From a virus (taxonomy: Duplodnaviria > Caudoviricetes), in the IMG/VR virus record IMGVR_UViG_3300020235_000035, positions 1 to 48,514 of that record: DNA of 48,514 bases. The stretch is one strand, 5' to 3'. The position numbers and the translations under genes are program-made. The notes beneath the pieces were generated by a model. The model ran no database searches. It was not told the origin of the DNA and saw only the letters and a program-made list of their open reading frames with translations. Shown here in pieces: positions 17,056 through 25,698 of this stretch. How positions within the stretch are numbered: position 1 is the first letter of the stretch; each line of letters starts with the position of its first letter.

Positions 17056-17348
17056 TGGGAATAACAGTCACTATAGACGAAGCAGCATCGGCTTCCGCAG
17101 GACTTACGGAAAAATCTGGAGAAGAGGCGGCGGGAAATTTTGCAGGAAATCCCAAAAAAGCTACAATTACATTTATTTCTGCTTTTACTGATGCTAATTA
17201 TTCTATCTCCATAATAGGTGAAGGGGCAGACAGTAGGGTGTGGACAATAGAAAGCAAATTGGCTGGTAGTTTTGTAATCAATGCTAATTCAAATCCGGTA
17301 TTATCAAATCCGGTATTATGGATCGCAACCAAACATGGAGAATCTTAA
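17055..17348 (+). CDS. Hypothetical tail-associated protein (gp53/H-lectin-like C-terminus)
   Basis: TITF.SAF.D.NY...WIA pattern. Confidence 0.45.
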   Translation: MGITVTIDEAASASAGLTEKSGEEAAGNFAGNPKKATITFISAFTDANYSISIIGEGADSRVWTIESKLAGSFVINANSNPVLSNPVLWIATKHGES

Positions 17349-17351
17349 TAT

Positions 17352-17777
17352 ATGTCACTAAAGATTGATGAAATAGAATTAGACCCAAACGCCAAATTCA
17401 ACTCAGCTAAAGATGTAACAATATCTTTTGCCACTGATCCAAACTCTTTTGTGTCTAAAAACGCAGGGCTTACTTACGAGACTTGTGCGGCAATTATATT
17501 CCGGGGAATAGATATATTAGGAGTGCCTTCAGGAATAAGGGTGATAAAAAAAGCCAGTAGTAGTTCTCCTGCTCATTCTATAAGGGTTATTGATACAACT
17601 AATGGTGATGCGGTAATAGCAGAAGTTACAGGGCTTACATCCACTACTCAGGATATAGCAGATTTGGGTGTTTTATCCAATCTTACAACAGGGGAATCAA
17701 TTTGGGAAATACAATTTAAAAGAGATGATAGTGGTGCAGTTAATATTGATGTTATTTGCGCTCAAATACAATTCTAA
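17352..17777 (+). CDS. Hypothetical virion protein
   Basis: 141 aa, coupled to neighbours. Confidence 0.5.
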   Translation: MSLKIDEIELDPNAKFNSAKDVTISFATDPNSFVSKNAGLTYETCAAIIFRGIDILGVPSGIRVIKKASSSSPAHSIRVIDTTNGDAVIAEVTGLTSTTQDIADLGVLSNLTTGESIWEIQFKRDDSGAVNIDVICAQIQF

Positions 17778-19012
17778 TGAGAAAATTCGCATTTGTCATA
17801 TTGATATTTATTCCCTTGATTACATTCGGTCAGGCAGAGAAGCGTTATCGTTCGATAATCGTTGATAGCTTAAAGGCTCTCAATGGGGGAAGGGTAGATG
17901 TTAAAGATACTTTGTTATTAGATTCTTTGGCTGTTTATAATACAGATTTAAGTTCCCAATATACTTCTAGGAGTCTTGTTGATAGTGCGTTTGTTGGTGC
18001 TGCTATATCTGCATCTGGAGGCAATACTATCTATAGCGAGGATGATGATTTAGCAGGGGATAGAATTGTTACAATGGGATCAAATAACCTCACATTCTCT
18101 GGTAATCAAACAATATTACAGGGATTGGATGCAACGAACTTAAATGATGTGTTTTTGGTGGAGGACAACGTAGGCACTGATTTAATGATCATTGAAAATG
18201 CGGGAGATGTGGGTATAGGATTATCTGATCCAACCGTAAAACTTCATATAAAAGCAAATGGGTCGACTAGTCAATCAACCGAATCATTTAGGTGGGAGAA
18301 CGGAAATAATTCGGCAAGCTGGCACATAACTGAAAGTGGGGGTGTTACACACAGAGGGCCATTAACTATGATCTCGGCATTCAACAGTGCCACTCTTTCC
18401 GTTACAGTAGGTGGTAGTGCATTGGGCATTGTCTCTTCTTCGAATAGCAATAATGCAGGACGATTTACATCTGCGAATGCACCAGCTATTAAGGCAGAGG
18501 CTGCCGGAGGGGGGAGTAAAACATCTATATTGGCAACAGATGCGGTAATTATAGGGATATCATCTATTGATGATTCTGAACCTTTAGCTCAATTATACGT
18601 AGCTGCCGAGAGCAATATTTCTGGAGACACAGCATTTTTAGTACATGATAATTCACTTGATGAGTTATTTGCAATAACCAATGATGGAAAGGTATTGGTT
18701 GAAAGAACTTTTTCAACTACAAAAAAGGATATCACCTTGGGCGTAGCAGCAACTACATTTGAAATTACAGGCAATGTGATGCAAATGACAGGCGATGGTG
18801 GTAATAATACCATAGCAACGATAACAGGTGCGGCATCAGGTCAATATCTAATAATGATATTTGTAGATAACAAGATTTCTATAACAGATGATAATGGACA
18901 TGGCGCAAATACAATTGATTTGAGTGCTGCTTTTACTTCGGTAGATGATACGACACTTACCTTGATCTACGATGGAACTTCCTGGTATGAAACTAGCAGA
19001 AGTGTAAATTAA
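17777..19012 (+). CDS. Tail-fibre-like protein with N-terminal signal peptide
   Basis: ATG overlaps the upstream TAA; MRKFAFVILIFIPLITFG; GDVGIGLSDP..KLHI fibre-like repeat; Ser/Thr/Gly-rich. Confidence 0.6.
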   Translation: MRKFAFVILIFIPLITFGQAEKRYRSIIVDSLKALNGGRVDVKDTLLLDSLAVYNTDLSSQYTSRSLVDSAFVGAAISASGGNTIYSEDDDLAGDRIVTMGSNNLTFSGNQTILQGLDATNLNDVFLVEDNVGTDLMIIENAGDVGIGLSDPTVKLHIKANGSTSQSTESFRWENGNNSASWHITESGGVTHRGPLTMISAFNSATLSVTVGGSALGIVSSSNSNNAGRFTSANAPAIKAEAAGGGSKTSILATDAVIIGISSIDDSEPLAQLYVAAESNISGDTAFLVHDNSLDELFAITNDGKVLVERTFSTTKKDITLGVAATTFEITGNVMQMTGDGGNNTIATITGAASGQYLIMIFVDNKISITDDNGHGANTIDLSAAFTSVDDTTLTLIYDGTSWYETSRSVN

Positions 19013-19016
19013 TAAC

Positions 19017-19436
19017 ATGAAAAAACTATTCACCCTTATTTTCTTATTGTCTACGTTCTCAGTTCATGCACAGGTAGACACGGTAATCTATAATGCTCCC
19101 CATCCTGGTTCTGACACTTTGATCGCTTATCGTATAGATACAACCATTACAGGGGGTTCATCGGACTCTAATATGGTATGGGTATCTTATCATTACATTC
19201 AAACCACGGGGGATAGCTTTCTATATCAGCCTCAGTTTATTATATATGATAGTTTGAACAAACAAGTACTTCCCAACGTAGACCTAGCAAGCAATGGATG
19301 GTATTCAAGTGGAACGGTTTATAAAGTTTATATTGACTCGGCAAAGGCTGTTCAAACACCAGACAGTTTAAGGACATTTTACATATTACCTGAATTAAAG
19401 AGTATTTACGGAAATTCTAATGTTATTAAATTATAG
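19017..19436 (+). CDS. Secreted hypothetical protein
   Basis: Signal peptide MKKLFTLIFLLSTFSVHA-Q. Confidence 0.65.
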   Translation: MKKLFTLIFLLSTFSVHAQVDTVIYNAPHPGSDTLIAYRIDTTITGGSSDSNMVWVSYHYIQTTGDSFLYQPQFIIYDSLNKQVLPNVDLASNGWYSSGTVYKVYIDSAKAVQTPDSLRTFYILPELKSIYGNSNVIKL

Positions 19437-19439
19437 ATT

Positions 19440-19625
19440 ATGGAAAAAGTAGGAGAATGGTTCAACGGTAAAAAAACTGCAATTGGAGCGATTGTTTCTT
19501 TAATGACTGCTTATGGTATAGCTAAGGGATGGATAGGAGAATCTGAACAGACTCTTTTTCTCGGTATTTCGGCTGCTTTGGTTGCTGGTGGTGTAGGACA
19601 TAAGATTAAGAAGGCATTCAAATAA
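19440..19625 (+). CDS. Putative holin
   Basis: 61 aa, two TM segments, GKKT N-terminus, basic C-terminus. Confidence 0.6.
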   Translation: MEKVGEWFNGKKTAIGAIVSLMTAYGIAKGWIGESEQTLFLGISAALVAGGVGHKIKKAFK

Positions 19626-19648
19626 AGATGAGTAAAGGAGGTTGAGCT

Positions 19649-19936
19649 ATGAGCGGAAAAGATAAGGGGGTATCAATATCTTTAGGTTTAGTATTTTCTC
19701 TTATTGCCGGAGTTGGTTCGTATTTTACTGGAAAGGCAGACGCTCAAACAGAAAGGGCGGTAATGACCATTAAAATTGATTACTTAACCGATAAGGTTAA
19801 AGCACTGGAGGCCACAAAACCGGAGATAGTAGCCGAACGAGTTAAAGTATTGGGGGAAACTGTAAATGAGATGAAAACAGATCAAAAAATCATAATAACA
19901 CTATTAGATGAGATTAGCAATCATAACGGTTCTTAG
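19649..19936 (+). CDS. Membrane-anchored coiled-coil protein (lysis region)
   Basis: N-terminal TM plus coiled coil. Confidence 0.5.
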   Translation: MSGKDKGVSISLGLVFSLIAGVGSYFTGKADAQTERAVMTIKIDYLTDKVKALEATKPEIVAERVKVLGETVNEMKTDQKIIITLLDEISNHNGS

Positions 19937-20147
19937 CCTTGCAATAGCAAGCTATACCACAGCGCAAACAAAACCTGTAACAGACAGTACATACCTTGTA
20001 AAAAAGAAGTATCAGCAAACCAAAAAGAATTGTATTTACTTAGATACTATTGCTACGGAGGTGAAGCAGGTTCATATGGGTCAAAAGGACATCATATTAA
20101 AGTTAAAGGCTATTCGAGAAAAACAAATGGCATCTACAAAACCATAA
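19908..20147 (+). CDS. Small exported protein (lysis region)
   Basis: Signal-peptide-like N-terminus. Confidence 0.45.
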   Translation: MRLAIITVLSLAIASYTTAQTKPVTDSTYLVKKKYQQTKKNCIYLDTIATEVKQVHMGQKDIILKLKAIREKQMASTKP

Positions 20148-20150
20148 ATA

Positions 20151-20558
20151 ATGCACGTAAAAATACAGCGTATCCAAAAGGATGATTTCCAATCTCTTGG
20201 AATATGGACAATATACGATGATAACAATTTCCCTAAATGGGAATGCAGAACCCTGGAGTTACCGGACAAAGATAATCAGAGTCGCATAAGCTGTATTCCT
20301 GAAGGCACATATACTGTTGTTAAGCGTAATTCTGCTAAGTATGGCGATCATTTTCACATATTGGATGTTCCAAACAGAAGTTATATTTTGGTTCACAATG
20401 CAAATTACAAACGACAGCTAAAGGGCTGCATTGCGGTTGGGTTATCTCATACAGACATTGACGGAGACGGACATAGGGATGTTACTCGATCTAAATCCAC
20501 TTTAAAAGACCTCAACAGAGAGCTTCCCGACACATTCCAACTTGAGATATATGTTTAA
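20151..20558 (+). CDS. DUF5675-family protein, putative endolysin
   Basis: TLELP, SCIPEGTY, VPNRSYILVHNAN, GCIAVG. Confidence 0.8.
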   Translation: MHVKIQRIQKDDFQSLGIWTIYDDNNFPKWECRTLELPDKDNQSRISCIPEGTYTVVKRNSAKYGDHFHILDVPNRSYILVHNANYKRQLKGCIAVGLSHTDIDGDGHRDVTRSKSTLKDLNRELPDTFQLEIYV

Positions 20559-20704
20559 TGACCAATCTTAACAAAATACTTGGAGGAATAAAAGCCAGGA
20601 TTAAGTTAAAGAGATGAGGCCGACAGAGACATCTATCTGTATGAGGGTCAATATAAGCGGCAACCGGATAACTGATTATTTTTCTTTGATTTAAAATAAG
20701 TTCG

Positions 20705-20712
20705 TATATTTG
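20705..20712 (+). promoter_or_regulatory. -7 promoter box for the small RNA
   Basis: TATATTTG. Confidence 0.55.
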
Positions 20713-20715
20713 TAC

Positions 20716-20793
20716 TAGCTATTAGGACTCAAACCTATTACAGGTTATAAGCCCTCCAGATTGTTCTAAACTTTTTGGGGGGTTTCTTTTTTT
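20716..20793 (+). ncRNA. Candidate ~78-nt small RNA with its own terminator
   Basis: Between the -7 box and a terminator; 5' end complementary to 20854-20866. Confidence 0.5.
20749..20793 (+). terminator. Intrinsic terminator
   Basis: AAGCCCTCCAGA / TTTGGGGGGTTT stem (three G-U pairs favour the + strand), then C-T7. Confidence 0.65.
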
Positions 20794-20808
20794 AGTCAAA
20801 ATAGTTTT

Positions 20809-20816
20809 TACCTTTG
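20809..20816 (+). promoter_or_regulatory. -7 promoter box for the early operon leader
   Basis: TACCTTTG. Confidence 0.55.
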
Positions 20817-20819
20817 TAT

Positions 20820-21158
20820 TAATAGATAGCAGTTCTATACTACTCTACTGCACGAGTCCTTATAGCAAAGACTTACACAAAAAGAGTTTAGTTACAATTA
20901 ATTTGAAATAGGGAACCGATTGGAAGGTTCTTTAGTGAGATACCACGACAACTGTGGACGGTAAGACTGAAAATTCGATACCTATCTCGTTAACTGGGGA
21001 GTTATCAAGTAAGATTAATAAGCTAAAGTAAGGTTGATAAGCTATTGAAATAAACCTTTACTTAGACTTGTATCCTTTAATTAAGGATTTCAGGTAAAGA
21101 GTTGGTATGCCTTCAGGCTAGGTAGTAAGTATAAGAGTATTAACTATAAATATATATT
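20820..21158 (+). ncRNA. Candidate highly structured leader / ncRNA
   Basis: No ORF of 60 aa or more; at least 7 consecutive stems (see findings). Confidence 0.45.
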
Positions 21159-21392
21159 ATGAATAAAGAATTAACAGTATCAGAATTACTTGAAAAATCA
21201 AAAGGAATTAACGGTCTTAAACCTAACGCTAAAATGAATGACTTTTTTGTTACTCAATTTACAAAGATGATTATAGAGGAAAAATTAGAGGAACAAAAAG
21301 AGATAATTATCAAGCAATGTGAGGATAGTATCTTGGGATGGACAGAATCCAAATCTAAGGTCATTAAAAAATCACGAAGTCCTAAACTATGA
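21159..21392 (+). CDS. Hypothetical protein
   Basis: 77 aa, first ORF after the structured leader. Confidence 0.55.
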   Translation: MNKELTVSELLEKSKGINGLKPNAKMNDFFVTQFTKMIIEEKLEEQKEIIIKQCEDSILGWTESKSKVIKKSRSPKL

Positions 21393-21886
21393 TTGAAGAA
21401 CTCGCAAAAAAATGGCTGCATCTTAATTATCAGTATCCTGATGTTGTAGAGGTTCTTCCTATGCAAACGACTTACGGGCTTGTAGTTTACTTCTATAACA
21501 AGAACACCGGAAAAGATTACGATTGGTTCTTGACTATCCCTATGGTTCAGGATCTATTGAATGGTAGAAACCCTAAAAAGGTTAAGAACAAATACAAGCC
21601 AATTTACGCTGATCAATCCCAGTTTAAAGTAGGAGTCGATAAGAGTTTGTTTTCGGATAGGGGTTATCAGACGCTGAGGAACGGAAATGCAAAAAGGTCG
21701 AAACTGCGACATAATATTTTTAAGAGAGATGGCTATAAATGTTTAAAGTGTGGTACGGGATGCAATCTAACAATAGACCACGTTAAACCCACGTCCAAGG
21801 GAGGGGTGAATCGAGTATTTAACAAACAGACTTTATGTGAAAAATGCAACAATGATAAAGGAGATATTGAAATAGATTACAGATGA
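21389..21886 (+). CDS. HNH endonuclease
   Basis: IFKRDGYKCLKCG...LTIDHVKP.SKGG...NKQTLCEKCNNDKG. Confidence 0.9.
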   Translation: MIEELAKKWLHLNYQYPDVVEVLPMQTTYGLVVYFYNKNTGKDYDWFLTIPMVQDLLNGRNPKKVKNKYKPIYADQSQFKVGVDKSLFSDRGYQTLRNGNAKRSKLRHNIFKRDGYKCLKCGTGCNLTIDHVKPTSKGGVNRVFNKQTLCEKCNNDKGDIEIDYR

Positions 21887-22236
21887 GTTACGAACTTAAA
21901 ATATTAGACTGTAATTGTAGTGATTGCCTATTTATGGAGCGTAGCATACCTAAGCGTCAAACCTCAGTAGATAAGCATTACGGATGGCAGAAGGATCATT
22001 TTAATATGATGAGAATGAAGGTTCTGTTAAGAGCTGAACATTGGCAGGGTAAAGGAGAACCGGAAAAGTCTAAGTTATTGCTTCAGGAAGCCCGTAAGAT
22101 GGAGTTCCAATTTAATGAGGGTGAGTGTGCTTTACATTATGGTATGTGCCACAAACTCGATAAGGACGTTTCCTTTATACCGAACACTATTCAGATAGAC
22201 ACTCAGGAATGTTTTGTACATCGAAAAGAATTTTAA
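21883..22236 (+). CDS. Hypothetical Cys-rich protein
   Basis: DCNCSDC...YGMC...CFVHR. Confidence 0.6.
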   Translation: MSYELKILDCNCSDCLFMERSIPKRQTSVDKHYGWQKDHFNMMRMKVLLRAEHWQGKGEPEKSKLLLQEARKMEFQFNEGECALHYGMCHKLDKDVSFIPNTIQIDTQECFVHRKEF

Positions 22237-22254
22237 CCTTTAAACTATATAAGA

Positions 22255-22557
22255 ATGAAAGAAGAAAGGATAGTTTGTTCAGCAATTTGGTATAAAGACT
22301 TACCAACCCCAAGAATAAGAACAGATAGAAAAAGAGGTATCGTATTTTGTGGATTAAGACACCCCCATTGCTTACATCAAATGGTTATCATGACAGGCAA
22401 GAGGCAATGCGAAGCAGGAGAGGAAGTTCAGGGTTTTTTAACAACACATAATAGGTTTGTTGATCGTATTGAAGGTGCAAGAATAGCATTAGAATCAGGT
22501 CAAATTGAGAAATTAAATTACAGTAGTACTTGGCTATATAGCGAAGATTTATACTGA
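22255..22557 (+). CDS. Conserved phage hypothetical protein
   Basis: IVCSAI, G.RH, QGFLT..NRFVDR.E, LYSEDLY. Confidence 0.75.
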   Translation: MKEERIVCSAIWYKDLPTPRIRTDRKRGIVFCGLRHPHCLHQMVIMTGKRQCEAGEEVQGFLTTHNRFVDRIEGARIALESGQIEKLNYSSTWLYSEDLY

Positions 22558-22569
22558 ACCCCCTAACCA

Positions 22570-22806
22570 ATGATCCCCCCTTTACTCAACTACCAACAAA
22601 GACAGGACTTGAAGCTAGACACTCTTAGCAGCGCAATGACGCGCGTTAACCTCGCATGGGCTAAACTCTTCCAGCCTCTTTCAAAGAAATACCTTCCTAT
22701 GTTCTGGGGGTTGAAGTACGCCAATTTGATCTATGTGCTTATGTGGATCGGAGTATGTGTTTACGTCCTAACCTCCTTTTATCTCACCCTCTTTAGGCCG
22801 GAATAG
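22570..22806 (+). CDS. Hypothetical membrane protein
   Basis: C-terminal hydrophobic segment. Confidence 0.45.
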   Translation: MIPPLLNYQQRQDLKLDTLSSAMTRVNLAWAKLFQPLSKKYLPMFWGLKYANLIYVLMWIGVCVYVLTSFYLTLFRPE

Positions 22807-22815
22807 GTGAAACAA

Positions 22816-22846
22816 TTTGTTAATTTGGTATAAATGATTACCTTTG
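22816..22846 (+). promoter_or_regulatory. Bacteroidota promoter overlapped by a palindromic operator; leaderless mRNA likely
   Basis: TTTG (22816-19), 19-nt spacer, TACCTTTG (22839-46), ATG 4 nt later. Confidence 0.7.
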
Positions 22847-22850
22847 CTTT

Positions 22851-23024
22851 ATGGAACTAATCACAGTAGAACAGTTAGCCGATAAGAAGGGATGCAACAA
22901 ATCCTATATCTACAAACTTGTTAGCAGTAGCAAGCTGAGTGCCGATAAAATAGGGAATCAAATAGTATTTAACGCTGATTCCACGGAAATCAAAGATTTT
23001 TTAAGTCAATCCCCAATCGGGTAA
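22851..23024 (+). CDS. Excisionase-like/HTH_17 DNA-binding protein (57 aa)
   Basis: Manual translation MELITVEQLADKKGCNKSYIYKLVSSSKLSADKIGNQIVF... Confidence 0.75.
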   Translation: MELITVEQLADKKGCNKSYIYKLVSSSKLSADKIGNQIVFNADSTEIKDFLSQSPIG

Positions 23025-23117
23025 ACCACCATTTGTTGAAATATAAACAAAATAAACCTTGTGGGTATAAAAGATTATACCTATACTTGCATAAGATTAA
23101 CAACTAAAACCTACAAA

Positions 23118-23510
23118 ATGAAAGACCAAAGAATACAATTAACAGACAGTATTATGGATATCACTATAAAAATGTGCGAAGGTAATCCAGGCGCAATGAC
23201 ATTTATAATGGGAGCGTTTAAAGAATCAGAAGAAATAGACCCTGACGGAATGGGTAATTTGGGATTTATTCTAAATGCAGATAGATGCGGTATATATGGT
23301 ACTGATTTATATGTACTATGGTCGGACTTATGCGATAGGAATATGACACTATCTATTGCCCTCCTTAGAGCTACTCAATTAGGTATTATTTCTGATGAGC
23401 TGTTGGCTGATGCTTGTAACCGTCAAGACTATTCAGGAAAGGATATAATTGCAGTTCAAGAGGTTTATGAGAAAGTATGCGAGCAACTGCCTAATTTCCA
23501 ACGAATCTAA
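23118..23510 (+). CDS. Conserved phage hypothetical protein
   Basis: EGNPGA, GIYG..LY.LW.D.C; start chosen after an A-rich leader. Confidence 0.7.
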   Translation: MKDQRIQLTDSIMDITIKMCEGNPGAMTFIMGAFKESEEIDPDGMGNLGFILNADRCGIYGTDLYVLWSDLCDRNMTLSIALLRATQLGIISDELLADACNRQDYSGKDIIAVQEVYEKVCEQLPNFQRI

Positions 23511-23561
23511 ACTGTAACAGATTAACCAATAACGGGGTAAACCCACTAAAACAAAAAGGAA

Positions 23562-24059
23562 ATGAAAACCAAAGCAGAGCTATGCGTAGAAATCGCAAAG
23601 GATGTTCTATTACAAATCAAATCAAAAAAGATTGTCGCAGAAGCCGGAGTTTACTTTATACTGAAAACTAAATCCCAATTCAAAGGAAAGCAACTTCAAG
23701 AAGTTCTGCCTAGAATAAAAAAATGTGAAGTCTGTGCTTTGGGTAGCCTATTCTATTCATTTATAAACAAGCATAATGACTTCAAGATAGATGATGAAGG
23801 ATTAGATATGACTTCATTTCATCATAGCGATATGAGAAGTAGAATTACAATGTTCCCTATTGCCAACCTTGAACTTATTGAATGCGCATTTGAAAACAGA
23901 GACGTGTATGATAGTTGTGAAAATCGTGGGCATTATGCATGGAAAACGATTATAAAAGCAAAAAAGTATAGAGGGATAAACTTATTACTGAACGACGAGA
24001 AAGCCCTTATCCACATAATGAAGAATATAATACGAAACAAAGGAACTTTTAAACCCTAA
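23562..24059 (+). CDS. Conserved phage hypothetical protein
   Basis: IAKDVL, C.VCALGSLF, IE.AFE, IMKNIIRNKGTFKP. Confidence 0.7.
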   Translation: MKTKAELCVEIAKDVLLQIKSKKIVAEAGVYFILKTKSQFKGKQLQEVLPRIKKCEVCALGSLFYSFINKHNDFKIDDEGLDMTSFHHSDMRSRITMFPIANLELIECAFENRDVYDSCENRGHYAWKTIIKAKKYRGINLLLNDEKALIHIMKNIIRNKGTFKP

Positions 24060-24222
24060 AACTATGGAATTTCCAGACGAATTCAACCCAGAATTACCCA
24101 TTAACGAATGGCCTGTTAAGTACTTGCTTTGTTGTAGGCAGAGGCTACTCGAAAGCGCAAACGATCCAGAAACGCTCAATTGAATTTATTTCAAGGCAAG
24201 CAATAATTAAATACAGAAACCG

Positions 24223-24441
24223 ATGAGTATAAAAAATAAACAATCCGATCCCTTCAAAGAAATATTTAAGCCTGAGGCCATAGTAAAGCTCTCTAAGACC
24301 GCACTAGCACTAACGGGGGCTGAGACAGTTTCAGAAATGATGCCCCCTCTGTCTAAAATAGCAAAGAAGTTTAACCTAAAGCTCCATTTAAAAAGAGAGT
24401 ATGACAGGGCGGTAGAAATCCTTAAAAAAGAAAGAGCATGA
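24223..24441 (+). CDS. Hypothetical protein
   Basis: 72 aa ORF coupled to the next gene. Confidence 0.5.
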   Translation: MSIKNKQSDPFKEIFKPEAIVKLSKTALALTGAETVSEMMPPLSKIAKKFNLKLHLKREYDRAVEILKKERA

Positions 24442-24785
24442 AAATAACATACCCAAAATTACCACCCAAGTTTAAAGCGAAGTGGCTTAAAGCCCTAAGG
24501 AGTGGAAAGTATAAGCAAGGCAAGGGTGCGTTACATAGGGATGGTAATTTCTGTTGCATAGGGGTCGAATGTCATCTTCACGGAGTATCAATAAAGGCAA
24601 TGGATAAAAGGCCCGGAAATGGAGGCACTAAATCATCGTTTGATAAAATCCCTAAGTACATGGACGCAATAAATGGTAAATATGGTAATAGTATGTCATT
24701 ACCCCCTGTACAGGTTCTAATAGAAATGAACGATGGCGGCAAGTCCTTCAAACAAATAGCCAACTGGATAGAGAGAAACCTATGA
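24438..24785 (+). CDS. Conserved phage hypothetical protein
   Basis: KWLKALRSGKYKQG, CCIGV, MND...SFKQIANWIE. Confidence 0.75.
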   Translation: MKITYPKLPPKFKAKWLKALRSGKYKQGKGALHRDGNFCCIGVECHLHGVSIKAMDKRPGNGGTKSSFDKIPKYMDAINGKYGNSMSLPPVQVLIEMNDGGKSFKQIANWIERNL

Positions 24786-25096
24786 TCCGCACTAAGGACT
24801 TATTTCAGATAATTCGCGAACGTGATTTAATCCACGATGCTAAAACAGAGGAGTATAACGATCACCTAGTAAGACTATTAATGAGAGACTATAAATATCA
24901 AAAACCTATAAAATGACAGAAAGTACATATAAAAAGATGCAGTTAAGGACTGTTTACAATGCTACGTTAGGTAAAAATCAAATCAAAGTATGGAAAACCG
25001 ATAACGGTGATATAGTAGACTTTGACGAACCTACTAAGGAGTATGGGTTTGAGAGCATTATTTTAGTATCAGTAATTAACCATTAATACAAAACAA

Positions 25097-25696
25097 ATGA
25101 ATATCACAGAAAAGTTACTAGAAGCCAGAAAGCTAATTAAGGAAACCTCTATTAAAAAGGAGGGGAGGAATACATTCAGTAAATACAACTACTTCACCCC
25201 CTCACAGGTAAGTGAGTTAGTAAATACGGTTTGCCAGGAGCTAAAGATGATTCCTATGTTTTCGCTTTGTAAAGATGAGTTTGGATTATTCGGCAAATTA
25301 CTATTGGTAGATATTGAGGTAGCTGATAATAAATTAGATACGTGGGAATTTGAAATGCGTACCGAGATGCCATCTATGACGGCTACTAATATGACTCAGC
25401 AAATGGGAGGGTGCGAAACCTACACGAAACGGTATATGTTAATGAGCGCCTTTGATATAACGGACAACAATTTAGACTTTGACAGCCAAGACAACCGACC
25501 AAAGGACACCCCAGAACCCACACAGGCGACCACTAAGGAACAAACAGAGGAAAAGAGTATGGATATACCACTAGCAGTAAGGAACTCTAATACAGTACTA
25601 GAATTAGAGGTGCTATGGGGGACGCTTAACAACACTCAGAAACACGCATTTAAGAATATTATTAACATAAGGAAATCAGAAGTAAAAAATAAATAA
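25097..25696 (+). CDS. erf: ERF-family ssDNA annealing protein
   Basis: KK.G.N.FSKY.YF, QQMGG.ETY.KRY....AFDI. Confidence 0.8.
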   Translation: MNITEKLLEARKLIKETSIKKEGRNTFSKYNYFTPSQVSELVNTVCQELKMIPMFSLCKDEFGLFGKLLLVDIEVADNKLDTWEFEMRTEMPSMTATNMTQQMGGCETYTKRYMLMSAFDITDNNLDFDSQDNRPKDTPEPTQATTKEQTEEKSMDIPLAVRNSNTVLELEVLWGTLNNTQKHAFKNIINIRKSEVKNK

Positions 25697-25698
25697 TC

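Noticed and set aside
17291-17320. 15-bp tandem repeat AAATCCGGTATTAT(C/G)
   Set aside because: Two in-frame copies inside a CDS; no array or spacers
20600-20680. Small hairpin region (ACAGA/TCTGT, CTGTATGAG) as a self-cleaving ribozyme
   Set aside because: Lacks the exact hammerhead CUGANGA/GAAA core and recognisable twister or pistol elements
21389-21886. HNH plus upstream RNA as an IscB/HEARO (OMEGA) system
   Set aside because: Protein is only 165 aa, has no PLMP or RuvC motifs, and another ORF intervenes
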